DNA of 64,000 nt, from positions 19,344,001 to 19,408,000 of the forward strand of contig OZ059897.1 in NCBI GenBank assembly GCA_964057225.1, given 5' to 3'. The notes under the pieces were generated by a model. That model had not been told where the DNA came from, did not search any database, and was given only the letters and a program-made list of their open reading frames with translations. A program made the position numbers and the translations under genes. Position 1 is the first letter of the stretch. The number at the start of each line of letters is the position of its first letter. Of the stretch, positions 10,301 to 24,919 are shown in pieces. The stretch is from Auanema rhodensis. Its lineage: Eukaryota; Animalia; Nematoda.

Positions 10301-13300
10301 CTCAATACAAAAATTAGTTATGATCGTTTGAAAAATGATGCATTAGTGTATGTTGAGTTTCCATGTACACTCAACATTGCTTCCAAAAACATTTTGACAA
10401 AAATTTTTTCGAAAAATTTCAAAATAATTTAGCAAAAAGTAGATGTTTTTAGATTCCTTTTTTCAAGGCAAAGACGATGGACAATGTTATTTAACGAAAA
10501 AATTAATTCTTCAGGGTGAAAATCGAGGATATAAGTGTAAACTTATATCAGTTGATATCTCGGTGCATTTTTAAGCTAGCGCAAATCTGATAACACAGAT
10601 CGACGCAGCTTAAAAATCCGCATCGAATGCACTATACTACATTGAGAAACGCTTAATACAAAAATTAGTTATGATCGTTTGAAAAATGATGCATTAGTGT
10701 ATGTTGAGTTTCCATGTACACTCAACATTGCTTCCAAAAACATTTTGACAAAAATTTTTTCGAAAAATTTCAAAATAATTTAGCAAAAAGTAGATGTTTT
10801 TAGATTTCTTTTTTCAAGGCAAAGACGATGGACAATGTTATTCAACGAAAAAATTAATTCTTCATGGTGAAAATCGAGGATATAAGTGTGAACTTATATC
10901 AGTTGATATCTCGGTGCATTTTTAAGCTAGCGCAAATCTGATAACACAGATCGACGCAGCTTAAAAATCCGCATCGAATGCACTATACTACATTGAGAAA
11001 CGCTTAATACAAAAATTAGTTATGATCGTTTGAAAAATGATGCATTAGTGTATGTTGAGTTTCCATGTACACTCAACATTGCTTCCAAAAACATTTTGAC
11101 AAAAATTTTTTCGAAAAATTTCAAAATAATTTAGCAAAAAGTAGATGTTTTTAGATTCCTTTTTTCAAGGCAAAGACGATGGACAATGTTATTCAACGAA
11201 AAAATTAATTCTTCAGGGTGAAAATCGAGGATATAAGTGTGAACTTATAACAGTTGATATCTCGGTACATTTTTAAGCTAGCGCAAATCTGATAACACAG
11301 ATCGACGCAGCTTAAAAATCCGCATCGAATGCACTATACTACATTGAGAAACGCTTAATACAAAAATTAGTTATGATCGTTTGAAAAATGATGCATTAGT
11401 GTATGTTGAGTTTCCATGTACACTCAACATTGCTTCCAAAAACATTTTGACAAAAATTTTTTCGAAAAATTTCAAAATAATTTAGCAAAAAGTAGATGTT
11501 TTTAGATTCCTTTTTTCAAGGCAAAGACGATGGACAATGTTATTTAACGAAAAAATTAATTCTTCAGGGTGAAAATCGAGGATATAAGTGTAAACTTATA
11601 TCAGTTGATATCTCGGTGCATTTTTAAGCTAGCGCACATCTGATAACACAGATCGACGCAGCTTAAAAATCCGCATCGAATGCACTATACTACATTGAGG
11701 AACGCTCAATACAAAAATTAGTTATGATCGTTTGAAAAATGATGCATTAGTGTATGTTGAGTTTCCATGTACACTCAACATTGCTTCCAAAAACATTTTG
11801 ACAAAAATTTTTTCGAAAAATTTCAAAATAATTTAGCAAAAAGTAGATGTTTTTAGATTCCTTTTTTCAAGGCAAAGACGATGGACAATGTTATTTAACG
11901 AAAAAATTAATTCTTCAGGGTGAAAATCGAGGATATAAGTGTAAACTTATATCAGTTGATATCTCGGTGCATTTTTAAGCTAGCGCAAATCTGATAACAC
12001 AGATCGACGCAGCTTAAAAATCCGCATCGAATGCACTATACTACATTGAGAAACGCTTAATACAAAAATTAGTTATGATCGTTCGAAAAATGATGCATTA
12101 GTGTATGTTGAGTTTCCATGTACACTCAACATTGCTTCCAAAAACATTTTGACAAAAATTTTTTCGAAAAATTTCAAAATAATTTAGCAAAAAGTAGATG
12201 TTTTTAGATTCCTTTTTTCAAGGCAAAGACGATGGACAATGTTATTTAACGAAAAAATTAATTCTTCAGGGTGAAAATCGAGGATATATGTGTAAACTTA
12301 TATCAGTTGATATCTCGGTGCATTTTTAAGCTAGCGCAAATCTGATAACACAGATCGACGCAGCTTAAAAATCCGCATCGAATGCACTATACTACATTGA
12401 GAAACGCTCAATACAAAAATTAGTTATGATCGTTTGAAAAATGATGCATTAGTGTATGTTGAGTTTCCATGTACACTCAACATTGCTTCCAAAAACATTT
12501 TGACAAAAATTTTTTCGAAAAATTTCAAAATAATTTAGCAAAAAGTAGATGTTTTTAGATTCCTTTTTTCAAGGCAAAGACGATGGACAATGTTATTTAA
12601 CGAAAAAATTAATTCTTCAGGGTGAAAATCGAGGATATAAGTGTAAACTTATATCAGTTGATATCTCGGTGCATTTTTAAGCTAGCGCAAATCTGATAAC
12701 ACAGATCGACGCAGCTTAAAAATTCGCATCGAATGCACTATACTACATTGAGAAACGCTTAATACAAAAATTAGTTATGATCGTTTGAAAAATGATGCAT
12801 TAGTGTATGTTGAGTTTCCATGTACACTCAACATTGCTTCCAAAAACATTTTGACAAAAATTTTTTCGAAAAATTTCAAAATAATTTAGCAAAAAGTAGA
12901 TGTTTTTAGATTCCTTTTTTCAAGGCAAAGACGATGGACAATGTTATTTAACGAAAAAATTAATTCTTCAGGGTGAAAATCGAGGATATATGTGTAAACT
13001 TATATCAGTTGATATCTCGGTGCATTTTTAAGCTAGCGCAAATCTGATAACACAGATCGACGCAGCTTAAAAATCCGCATCGAATGCACTATACTACATT
13101 GAGAAACGCTTAATACAAAAATTAGTTATGATCGTTTGAAAAATGATGCATTAGTGTATGTTGAGTTTCCATGTACACTCAACATTGCTTCCAAAAACAT
13201 TTTGACAAAAATTTTTTCGAAAAATTTCAAAATAATTTAGCAAAAAGTAGATGTTTTTAGATTCCTTTTTTCAAGGCAAAGACGATGGACAATGTTATTC

Positions 13301-16300
13301 AACGAAAAAATTAATTCTTCAGGGTGAAAATCGAGGATATAAGTGTGAACTTATATCAGTTGATATCTCGGTGCATTTTTAAGCTAGCGCAAATCTGATA
13401 ACACAGATCGACGCAGCTTAAAAATCCGCATCGAATGCACTATACTACATTGAGAAACGCTTAATACAAAAATTAGTTATGATCGTTTGAAAAATGATGC
13501 ATTAGTGTATGTTGAGTTTCCATGTACACTCAACATTGCTTCCAAAAACATTTTGACAAAAATTTTTTCGAAAAATTTCAAAATAATTTAGCAAAAAGTA
13601 GATGTTTTTAGATTCCTTTTTTCAAGGCAAAGACGATGGACAATGTTATTCAACGAAAAAATTAATTCTTCAGGGTGAAAATCGAGGATATAAGTGTGAA
13701 CTTATAACAGTTGATATCTCGGTACATTTTTAAGCTAGCGCAAATCTGATAACACAGATCGACGCAGCTTAAAAATCCGCATCGAATGCACTATACTACA
13801 TTGAGAAACGCTTAATACAAAAATTAGTTATGATCGTTTGAAAAATGATGCATTAGTGTATGTTGAGTTTCCATGTACACTCAACATTGCTTCCAAAAAC
13901 ATTTTGACAAAAATTTTTTCGAAAAATTTCAAAATAATTTAGCAAAAAGTAGATGTTTTTAGATTCCTTTTTTCAAGGCAAAGACGATGGACAATGTTAT
14001 TTAACGAAAAAATTAATTCTTCAGGGTGAAAATCGAGGATATAAGTGTAAACTTATATCAGTTGATATCTCGGTGCATTTTTAAGCTAGCGCAAATCTGA
14101 TAACACAAATCGACGCAGCTTAAAAATCCGCATCGAATGCACTATACTACATTGAGAAACGCTCAATACAAAAATTAGTTATGATCGTTTGAAAAATGAT
14201 GCATTAGTGTATGTTGAGTTTCCATGTACACTCAACATTGCTTCCAAAAACATTTTGACAAAAATTTTTTCGAAAAATTTCAAAATAATTTAGCAAAAAG
14301 TAGATGTTTTTAGATTCCTTTTTTCAAGGCAAAGACGATGGACAATGTTATTTAACGAAAAAATTAATTCTTCAGGGTGAAAATCGAGGATATAAGTGTA
14401 AACTTATATCAGTTGATATCTCGGTGCATTTTTAAGCTAGCGCAAATCTGATAACACAGATCGACGCAGCTTAAAAATCCGCATCGAATGCACTATACTA
14501 CATTGAGAAACGCTTAATACAAAAATTAGTTATGATCGTTTGAAAAATGATGCATTAGTGTATGTTGAGTTTCCATGTACACTCAACATTGCTTCCAAAA
14601 ACATTTTGACAAAATATTTTTCGAAAAATTTCAAAATAATTTAGCAAAAAGTAGATGTTTTTAGATTCCTTTTTTCAAGGCAAAGACGATGGACAATGTT
14701 ATTCAACGAAAAAATTAATTCTTCAGGGTGAAAATCGAGGATATAAGTGTGAACTTATATCAGTTGATATCTCGGTGCATTTTTAAGCTAGCGCAAATCT
14801 GATAACACAGATCGACGCAGCTTAAAAATCCGCATCGAATGCACTATACTACATTGAGAAACGCTTAATACAAAAATTAGTTATGATCGTTTGAAAAATG
14901 ATGCATTAGTGTATATTGAGTTTCCATGTACACTCAACATTGCTTCCAAAAACATTTTGACAAAAATTTTTTCGAAAAATTTCAAAATAATTTAGCAAAA
15001 AGTAGATGTTTTTAGATTCCTTTTTTCAAGGCAAAGACGATGGACAATGTTATTCAACGAAAAAATTAATTCTTCAGGGTGAAAATCGAGGATATAAGTG
15101 TGAACTTATAACAGTTGATATCTCGGTACATTTTTAAGCTAGCGCAAATCTGATAACACAGATCGACGCAGCTTAAAAATCCGCATCGAATGCACTATAC
15201 TACATTGAGAAACGCTTAATACAAAAATTAGTTATGATCGTTTGAAAAATGATGCATTAGTGTATGTTGAGTTTCCATGTACACTCAACATTGCTTCCAA
15301 AAACATTTTGACAAAAATTTTTTCGAAAAATTTCAAAATAATTTAGCAAAAAGTAGATGTTTTTAGATTCCTTTTTTCAAGGCAAAGACGATGGACAATG
15401 TTATTTAACGAAAAAATTAATTCTTCAGGGTGAAAATCGAGGATATAAGTGTAAACTTATATCAGTTGATATCTCGGTGCATTTTTAAGCTAGCGCACAT
15501 CTGATAACACAGATCGACGCAGCTTAAAAATCCGCATCGAATGCACTATACTACATTGAGGAACGCTCAATACAAAAATTAGTTATGATCGTTTGAAAAA
15601 TGATGCATTAGTGTATGTTGAGTTTCCATGTACACTCAACATTGCTTCCAAAAACATTTTGACAAAAATTTTTTCGAAAAATTTCAAAATAATTTAGCAA
15701 AAAGTAGATGTTTTTAGATTCCTTTTTTCAAGGCAAAGACGATGGACAATGTTATTTAACGAAAAAATTAATTCTTCAGGGTGAAAATCGAGGATATAAG
15801 TGTAAACTTATATCAGTTGATATCTCGGTGCATTTTTAAGCTAGCGCAAATCTGATAACACAGATCGACGCAGCTTAAAAATCCGCATCGAATGCACTAT
15901 ACTACATTGAGAAACGCTTAATACAAAAATTAGTTATGATCGTTCGAAAAATGATGCATTAGTGTATGTTGAGTTTCCATGTACACTCAACATTGCTTCC
16001 AAAAACATTTTGACAAAAATTTTTTCGAAAAATTTCAAAATAATTTAGCAAAAAGTAGATGTTTTTAGATTCCTTTTTTCAAGGCAAAGACGATGGACAA
16101 TGTTATTCAACGAAAAAATTAATTCTTCAGGGTGAAAATCGAGGATATAAGTGTGAACTTATAACAGTTGATATCTCGGTACATTTTTAAGCTAGCGCAA
16201 ATCTGATAACACAGATCGACGCAGCTTAAAAATCCGCATCGAATGCACTATACTACATTGAGAAACGCTTAATACAAAAATTAGTTATGATCGTTTGAAA

Positions 16301-19300
16301 AATGATGCATTAGTGTATGTTGAGTTTCCATGTACACTCAACATTGCTTCCAAAAACATTTTGACAAAAATTTTTTCGAAAAATTTCAAAATAATTTAGC
16401 AAAAAGTAGATGTTTTTAGATTCCTTTTTCCAAGGCAAAGACGATGGACAATGTTATTTAACGAAAAAATTAATTCTTCAGGGTGAAAATCGAGGATATA
16501 AGTGTAAACTTATATCAGTTGATATCTCGGTGCATTTTTAAGCTAGCGCAAATCTGATAACACAGATCGACGCAGCTTAAAAATCCGCATCGAATGCACT
16601 ATACTACATTGAGAAACGCTTAATACAAAAATTAGTTATGATCGTTTGAAAAATGATGCATTAGTGTATGTTGAGTTTCCATGTACACTCAACATTGCTT
16701 CCAAAAACATTTTGACAAAAATTTTTTCGAAAAATTTCAAAATAATTTAGCAAAAAGTAGATGTTTTTAGATTCCTTTTTTCAAGGCAAAGACGATGGAC
16801 AATGTTATTTAACGAAAAAATTAATTCTTCAGGGTGAAAATCGAGGATATATGTGTAAACTTATATCAGTTGATATCTCGGTGCATTTTTAAGCTAGCGC
16901 AAATCTGATAACACAGATCGACGCAGCTTAAAAATCCGCATCGAATGCACTATACTACATTGAGAAACGCTCAATACAAAAATTAGTTATGATCGTTTGA
17001 AAAATGATGCATTAGTGTATGTTGAGTTTCCATGTACACTCAACATTGCTTCCAAAAACATTTTGACAAAAATTTTTTCGAAAAATTTCAAAATAATTTA
17101 GCAAAAAGTAGATGTTTTTAGATTCCTTTTTTCAAGGCAAAGACGATGGACAATGTTATTTAACGAAAAAATTAATTCTTCAGGGTGAAAATCGAGGATA
17201 TAAGTGTAAACTTATATCAGTTGATATCTCGGTGCATTTTTAAGCTAGCGCAAATCTGATAACACAGATCGACGCAGCTTAAAAATCCGCATCGAATGCA
17301 CTATACTACATTGAGAAACGCTTAATACAAAAATTAGTTATGATCGTTTGAAAAATGATGCATTAGTGTATGTTGAGTTTCCATGTACACTCAACATTGC
17401 TTCCAAAAACATTTTGACAAAAATTTTTTCGAAAAATTTCAAAATAATTTAGCAAAAAGTAGATGTTTTTAGATTCCTTTTTTCAAGGCAAAGACGATGG
17501 ACAATGTTATTTAACGAAAAAATTAATTCTTCAGGGTGAAAATCGAGGATATATGTGTAAACTTATATCAGTTGATATCTCGGTGCATTTTTAAGCTAGC
17601 GCAAATCTGATAACACAGATCGACGCAGCTTAAAAATCCGCATCGAATGCACTATACTACATTGAGAAACGCTTAATACAAAAATTAGTTATGATCGTTT
17701 GAAAAATGATGCATTAGTGTATGTTGAGTTTCCATGTACACTCAACATTGCTTCCAAAAACATTTTGACAAAAATTTTTTCGAAAAATTTCAAAATAATT
17801 TAGCAAAAAGTAGATGTTTTTAGATTCCTTTTTTCAAGGCAAAGACGATGGACAATGTTATTCAACGAAAAAATTAATTCTTCAGGGTGAAAATCGAGGA
17901 TATAAGTGTGAACTTATATCAGTTGATATCTCGGTGCATTTTTAAGCTAGCGCAAATCTGATAACACAGATCGACGCAGCTTAAAAATCCGCATCGAATG
18001 CACTATACTACATTGAGAAACGCTTAATACAAAAATTAGTTATGATCGTTTGAAAAATGATGCATTAGTGTATGTTGAGTTTCCATGTACACTCAACATT
18101 GCTTCCAAAAACATTTTGACAAAAATTTTTTCGAAAAATTTCAAAATAATTTAGCAAAAAGTAGATGTTTTTAGATTCCTTTTTTCAAGGCAAAGACGAT
18201 GGACAATGTTATTCAACGAAAAAATTAATTCTTCAGGGTGAAAATCGAGGATATAAGTGTGAACTTATAACAGTTGATATCTCGGTACATTTTTAAGCTA
18301 GCGCAAATCTGATAACACAGATCGACGCAGCTTAAAAATCCGCATCGAATGCACTATACTACATTGAGAAACGCTTAATACAAAAATTAGTTATGATCGT
18401 TTGAAAAATGATGCATTAGTGTATGTTGAGTTTCCATGTACACTCAACATTGCTTCCAAAAACATTTTGACAAAAATTTTTTCGAAAAATTTCAAAATAA
18501 TTTAGCAAAAAGTAGATGTTTTTAGATTCCTTTTTTCAAGGCAAAGACGATGGACAATGTTATTTAACGAAAAAATTAATTCTTCAGGGTGAAAATCGAG
18601 GATATAAGTGTAAACTTATATCAGTTGATATCTCGGTGCATTTTTAAGCTAGCGCAAATCTGATAACACAAATCGACGCAGCTTAAAAATCCGCATCGAA
18701 TGCACTATACTACATTGAGAAACGCTCAATACAAAAATTAGTTATGATCGTTTGAAAAATGATGCATTAGTGTATGTTGAGTTTCCATGTACACTCAACA
18801 TTGCTTCCAAAAACATTTTGACAAAAATTTTTTCGAAAAATTTCAAAATAATTTAGCAAAAAGTAGATGTTTTTAGATTCCTTTTTTCAAGGCAAAGACG
18901 ATGGACAATGTTATTTAACGAAAAAATTAATTCTTCAGGGTGAAAATCGAGGATATAAGTGTAAACTTATATCAGTTGATATCTCGGTGCATTTTTAAGC
19001 TAGCGCAAATCTGATAACACAGATCGACGCAGCTTAAAAATCCGCATCGAATGCACTATACTACATTGAGAAACGCTTAATACAAAAATTAGTTATGATC
19101 GTTTGAAAAATGATGCATTAGTGTATGTTGAGTTTCCATGTACACTCAACATTGCTTCCAAAAACATTTTGACAAAATATTTTTCGAAAAATTTCAAAAT
19201 AATTTAGCAAAAAGTAGATGTTTTTAGATTCCTTTTTTCAAGGCAAAGACGATGGACAATGTTATTCAACGAAAAAATTAATTCTTCAGGGTGAAAATCG

Positions 19301-22300
19301 AGGATATAAGTGTGAACTTATATCAGTTGATATCTCGGTGCATTTTTAAGCTAGCGCAAATCTGATAACACAGATCGACGCAGCTTAAAAATCCGCATCG
19401 AATGCACTATACTACATTGAGAAACGCTTAATACAAAAATTAGTTATGATCGTTTGAAAAATGATGCATTAGTGTATGTTGAGTTTCCATGTACACTCAA
19501 CATTGCTTCCAAAAACATTTTGACAAAAATTTTTTCGAAAAATTTCAAAATAATTTAGCAAAAAGTAGATGTTTTTAGATTCCTTTTTTCAAGGCAAAGA
19601 CGATGGACAATGTTATTCAACGAAAAAATTAATTCTTCAGGGTGAAAATCGAGGATATAAGTGTGAACTTATAACAGTTGATATCTCGGTACATTTTTAA
19701 GCTAGCGCAAATCTGATAACACAGATCGACGCAGCTTAAAAATCCGCATCGAATGCACTATACTACATTGAGAAACGCTTAATACAAAAATTAGTTATGA
19801 TCGTTTGAAAAATGATGCATTAGTGTATGTTGAGTTTCCATGTACACTCAACATTGCTTCCAAAAACATTTTGACAAAAATTTTTTCGAAAAATTTCAAA
19901 ATAATTTAGCAAAAAGTAGATGTTTTTAGATTCCTTTTTTCAAGGCAAAGACGATGGACAATGTTATTTAACGAAAAAATTAATTCTTCAGGGTGAAAAT
20001 CGAGGATATAAGTGTAAACTTATATCAGTTGATATCTCGGTGCATTTTTAAGCTAGCGCAAATCTGATAACACAAATCGACGCAGCTTAAAAATCCGCAT
20101 CGAATGCACTATACTACATTGAGAAACGCTCAATACAAAAATTAGTTATGATCGTTTGAAAAATGATGCATTAGTGTATGTTGAGTTTCCATGTACACTC
20201 AACATTGCTTCCAAAAACATTTTGACAAAAATTTTTTCGAAAAATTTCAAAATAATTTAGCAAAAAGTAGATGTTTTTAGATTCCTTTTTTCAAGGCAAA
20301 GACGATGGACAATGTTATTTAACGAAAAAATTAATTCTTCAGGGTGAAAATCGAGGATATAAGTGTAAACTTATATCAGTTGATATCTCGGTGCATTTTT
20401 AAGCTAGCGCAAATCTGATAACACAGATCGACGCAGCTTAAAAATCCGCATCGAATGCACTATACTACATTGAGAAACGCTTAATACAAAAATTAGTTAT
20501 GATCGTTTGAAAAATGATGCATTAGTGTATGTTGAGTTTCCATGTACACTCAACATTGCTTCCAAAAACATTTTGACAAAAATTTTTTCGAAAAATTTCA
20601 AAATAATTTAGCAAAAAGTAGATGTTTTTAGATTCCTTTTTTCAAGGCAAAGACGATGGACAATGTTATTCAACGAAAAAATTAATTCTTCAGGGTGAAA
20701 ATCGAGGATATAAGTGTGAACTTATAACAGTTGATATCTCGGTACATTTTTAAGCTAGCGCAAATCTGATAACACAGATCGACGCAGCTTAAAAATCCGC
20801 ATCGAATGCACTATACTACATTGAGAAACGCTTAATACAAAAATTAGTTATGATCGTTTGAAAAATGATGCATTAGTGTATGTTGAGTTTCCATGTACAC
20901 TCAACATTGCTTCCAAAAACATTTTGACAAAAATTTTTTCGAAAAATTTCAAAATAATTTAGCAAAAAGTAGATGTTTTTAGATTCCTTTTTTCAAGGCA
21001 AAGACGATGGACAATGTTATTTAACGAAAAAATTAATTCTTCAGGGTGAAAATCGAGGATATAAGTGTAAACTTATATCAGTTGATATCTCGGTGCATTT
21101 TTAAGCTAGCGCAAATCTGATAACACAGATCGACGCAGCTTAAAAATCCGCATCGAATGCACTATACTACATTGAGAAACGCTTAATACAAAAATTAGTT
21201 ATGATCGTTTGAAAAATGATGCATTAGTGTATGTTGAGTTTCCATGTACACTCAACATTGCTTCCAAAAACATTTTGACAAAAATTTTTTCGAAAAATTT
21301 CAAAATAATTTAGCAAAAAGTAGATGTTTTTAGATTCCTTCTTTCAAGGCAAAGACGATGGACAATGTTATTCAACGAAAAAATTAATTCTTCAGGGTGA
21401 AAATCGAGGATATATGTGTAAACTTATATCAGTTGATATCTCGGTGCATTTTTAAGCTAGCGCAAATCTGATAACACAGATCGACGCAGCTTAAAAATCC
21501 GCATCGAATGCACTATACTACATTGAGAAACGCTCAATACAAAAATTAGTTATGATCGTTTGAAAAATGATGCATTAGTGTATGTTGAGTTTCCATGTAC
21601 ACTCAACATTGCTTCCAAAAACATTTTGACAAAAATTTTTTCGAAAAATTTCAAAATAATTTAGCAAAAAGTAGATGTTTTTAGATTCCTTTTTTCAAGG
21701 CAAAGACGATGGACAATGTTATTTAACGAAAAAATTAATTCTTCAGGGTGAAAATCGAGGATATAAGTGTAAACTTATATCAGTTGATATCTCGGTGCAT
21801 TTTTAAGCTAGCGCAAATCTGATAACACAGATCGACGCAGCTTAAAAATCCGCATCGAATGCACTATACTACATTGAGAAACGCTTAATACAAAAATTAG
21901 TTATGATCGTTTGAAAAATGATGCATTAGTGTATGTTGAGTTTCCATGTACACTCAACATTGCTTCCAAAAACATTTTGACAAAAATTTTTTCGAAAAAT
22001 TTCAAAATAATTTAGCAAAAAGTAGATGTTTTTAGATTCCTTTTTTCAAGGCAAAGACGATGGACAATGTTATTTAACGAAAAAATTAATTCTTCAGGGT
22101 GAAAATCGAGGATATATGTGTAAACTTATATCAGTTGATATCTCGGTGCATTTTTAAGCTAGCGCAAATCTAATAACACAGATCGACGCAGCTTAAAAAT
22201 CCGCATCGAATGCACTATACTACATTGAGAAACGCTTAATACAAAAATAAGTTATGATCGTTTGAAAAATGATGCATTAGTGTATGTTGAGTTTCCATGT

Positions 22301-24919
22301 ACACTCAACATTGCTTCCAAAAACATTTTGACAAAAATTTTTTCGAAAAATTTCAAAATAATTTAGCAAAAAGTAGATGTTTTTAGATTCCTTTTTTCAA
22401 GGCAAAGACGATGGACAATGTTATTTAACGAAAAAATTAATTCTTCAGGGTGAAAATCGAGGATATAAGTGTGAACTTATAACAGTTGATATCTCGGTAC
22501 ATTTTTAAGCTAGCGCAAATCTGATAACACAGATCGACGCAGCTTAAAAATCCGCATTGAATGCACTATACTACATTGAGAAACGCTTAATACAAAAATT
22601 AGTTATGATCGTTTGAAAAATGATGCATTAGTGTATGTTGAGTTTCCATGTACACTCAACATTGCTTCCAAAAACATTTTGACAAAAATTTTTTCGAAAA
22701 ATTTCAAAATAATTTAGCCAAAAGTAGATGTTTTTAGATTCTTTTTTTCAAGGCAAAGACGATGGACAATGTTATTCAACGAAAAAATCAATTCTTCAGG
22801 GTGAAAATCGAGGATATAAGTGTAAACTTATATCAGTTGATATCTCGGTGCATTTTTAAGCTAGCGCAAATCTGATAACACAGATCGACGCAGCTTAAAA
22901 ATCCGCATCGAATGCACTATACTACATTGAGAAACGCTTAATACAAAAATTAGTTATGATCGTTTGAAAAATGATGCATTAGTGTATGTTGAGTTTCCAT
23001 GTACACTCAACATTGCTTCCAAAAACATTTTGACAAAAATTTTTTCGAAAAATTTCAAAATAATTTAGCAAAAAGTAGATGTTTTTAGATTCCTTTTTTC
23101 AAGGCAAAGACGATGGACAATGTTATTTAACGAAAAAATTAATTCTTCAGGGTGAAAATCGAGGATATAAGTGTAAACTTATATCAGTTGATATCTCGGT
23201 GCATTTTTAAGCTAGCGCAAATCTGATAACACAGATCGACGCAGCTTAAAAATCCGCATCGAATGCACTATACTACATTGAGAAACGCTTAATACAAAAA
23301 TTAGTTATGATCGTTTGAAAAATGATGCATTAGTGTATGTTGAGTTTCCATGTACACTCAACATTGCTTCCAAAAACATTTTGACAAAAATTTTTTCGAA
23401 AAATTTCAAAATAATTTAGCAAAAAGTAGATGTTTTTAGATTCCTTTTTTCAAGGCAAAGACGATGGACAATGTTATTTAACGAAAAAATTAATTCTTCA
23501 GGGTGAAAATCGAGGATATATGTGTAAACTTATATCAGTTGATATCTCGGTGCATTTTTAAGCTAGCGCAAATCTAATAACACAGATCGACGCAGCTTAA
23601 AAATCCGCATCGAATGCACTATACTACATTGAGAAACGCTTAATACAAAAATAAGTTATGATCGTTTGAAAAATGATGCATTAGTGTATGTTGAGTTTCC
23701 ATGTACACTCAACATTGCTTCCAAAAACATTTTGACAAAAATTTTTTCGAAAAATTTCAAAATAATTTAGCAAAAAGTAGATGTTTTTAGATTCCTTTTT
23801 TCAAGGCAAAGACGATGGACAATGTTATTCAACGAAAAAATTAATTCTTCAGGGTGAAAATCGAGGATATAAGTGTGAACTTATAACAGTTGATATCTCG
23901 GTACATTTTTAAGCTAGCGCAAATCTGATAACACAGATCGACGCAGCTTAAAAATCCGCATCGAATGCACTATACTACATTGAGAAACGCTTAATACAAA
24001 AATTAGTTATGATCGTTTGAAAAATGATGCATTAGTGTATGTTGAGTTTCCATGTACACTCAACATTGCTTCCAAAAACATTTTGACAAAAATTTTTTCG
24101 AAAAATTTCAAAATAATTTAGCAAAAAGTAGATGTTTTTAGATTCCTTTTTTCAAGGCAAAGACGATGGACAATGTTATTTAACGAAAAAATTAATTCTT
24201 CAGGGTGAAAATCGAGGATATATGTGTAAACTTATATCAGTTGATATCTCGGTGCATTTTTAAGCTAGCGCAAATCTAATAACAAAGATCGACGCAGCTT
24301 AAAAATCCGCATCGAATGCACTATACTACATTGAGAAACGCTTAATACAAAAATAAGTTATGATCGTTTGAAAAATGATGCATTAGTGTATGTTGAGTTT
24401 CCATGTACACTCAACATTGCTTCCAAAAACATTTTGACAAAAATTTTTTCGAAAAATTTCAAAATAATTTAGCAAAAAGTAGATGTTTTTAGATTCCTTT
24501 TTTCAAGGCAAAGACGATGGACAATGTTATTCAACGAAAAAATTAATTCTTCAGGGTGAAAATCGAGGATATAAGTGTGAACTTATAACAGTTGATATCT
24601 CGGTACATTTTTAAGCTAGCGCAAATCTGATAACACAGATCGACGCAGCTTAAAAATCCGCATCGAATGCACTATACTACATTGAGAAACGCTTAATACA
24701 AAAATTAGTTATGATCGTTTGAAAAATGATGCATTAGTGTATGTTGAGTTTCCATGTACACTCAACATTGCTTCCAAAAACATTTTGACAAAAATTTTTT
24801 CGAAAAATTTCAAAATAATTTAGCAAAAAGTAGATGTTTTTAGATTCCTTTTTTCAAGGCAAAGACGATGGACAATGTTATTTAACGAAAAAATCAATTC
24901 TTCAGGGTGAAAATCGAGG

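Larger units (their letters stand above)
1..22111 (+). repeat. Array domain A (m1-63): patchwork of multi-monomer block duplications
   Basis: Characteristic variants are T6 (ATATATGT), C152 (GTTCGAA), C286 (TTTTCCAAGG), AAAATATTTT, GAGGAAC, GCGCACATC and ACACAAAT. Blocks m1-4, m13-16 and m46-49 match; m7-13 matches m29-35; m36-44 matches m49-57. Confidence 0.8.
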
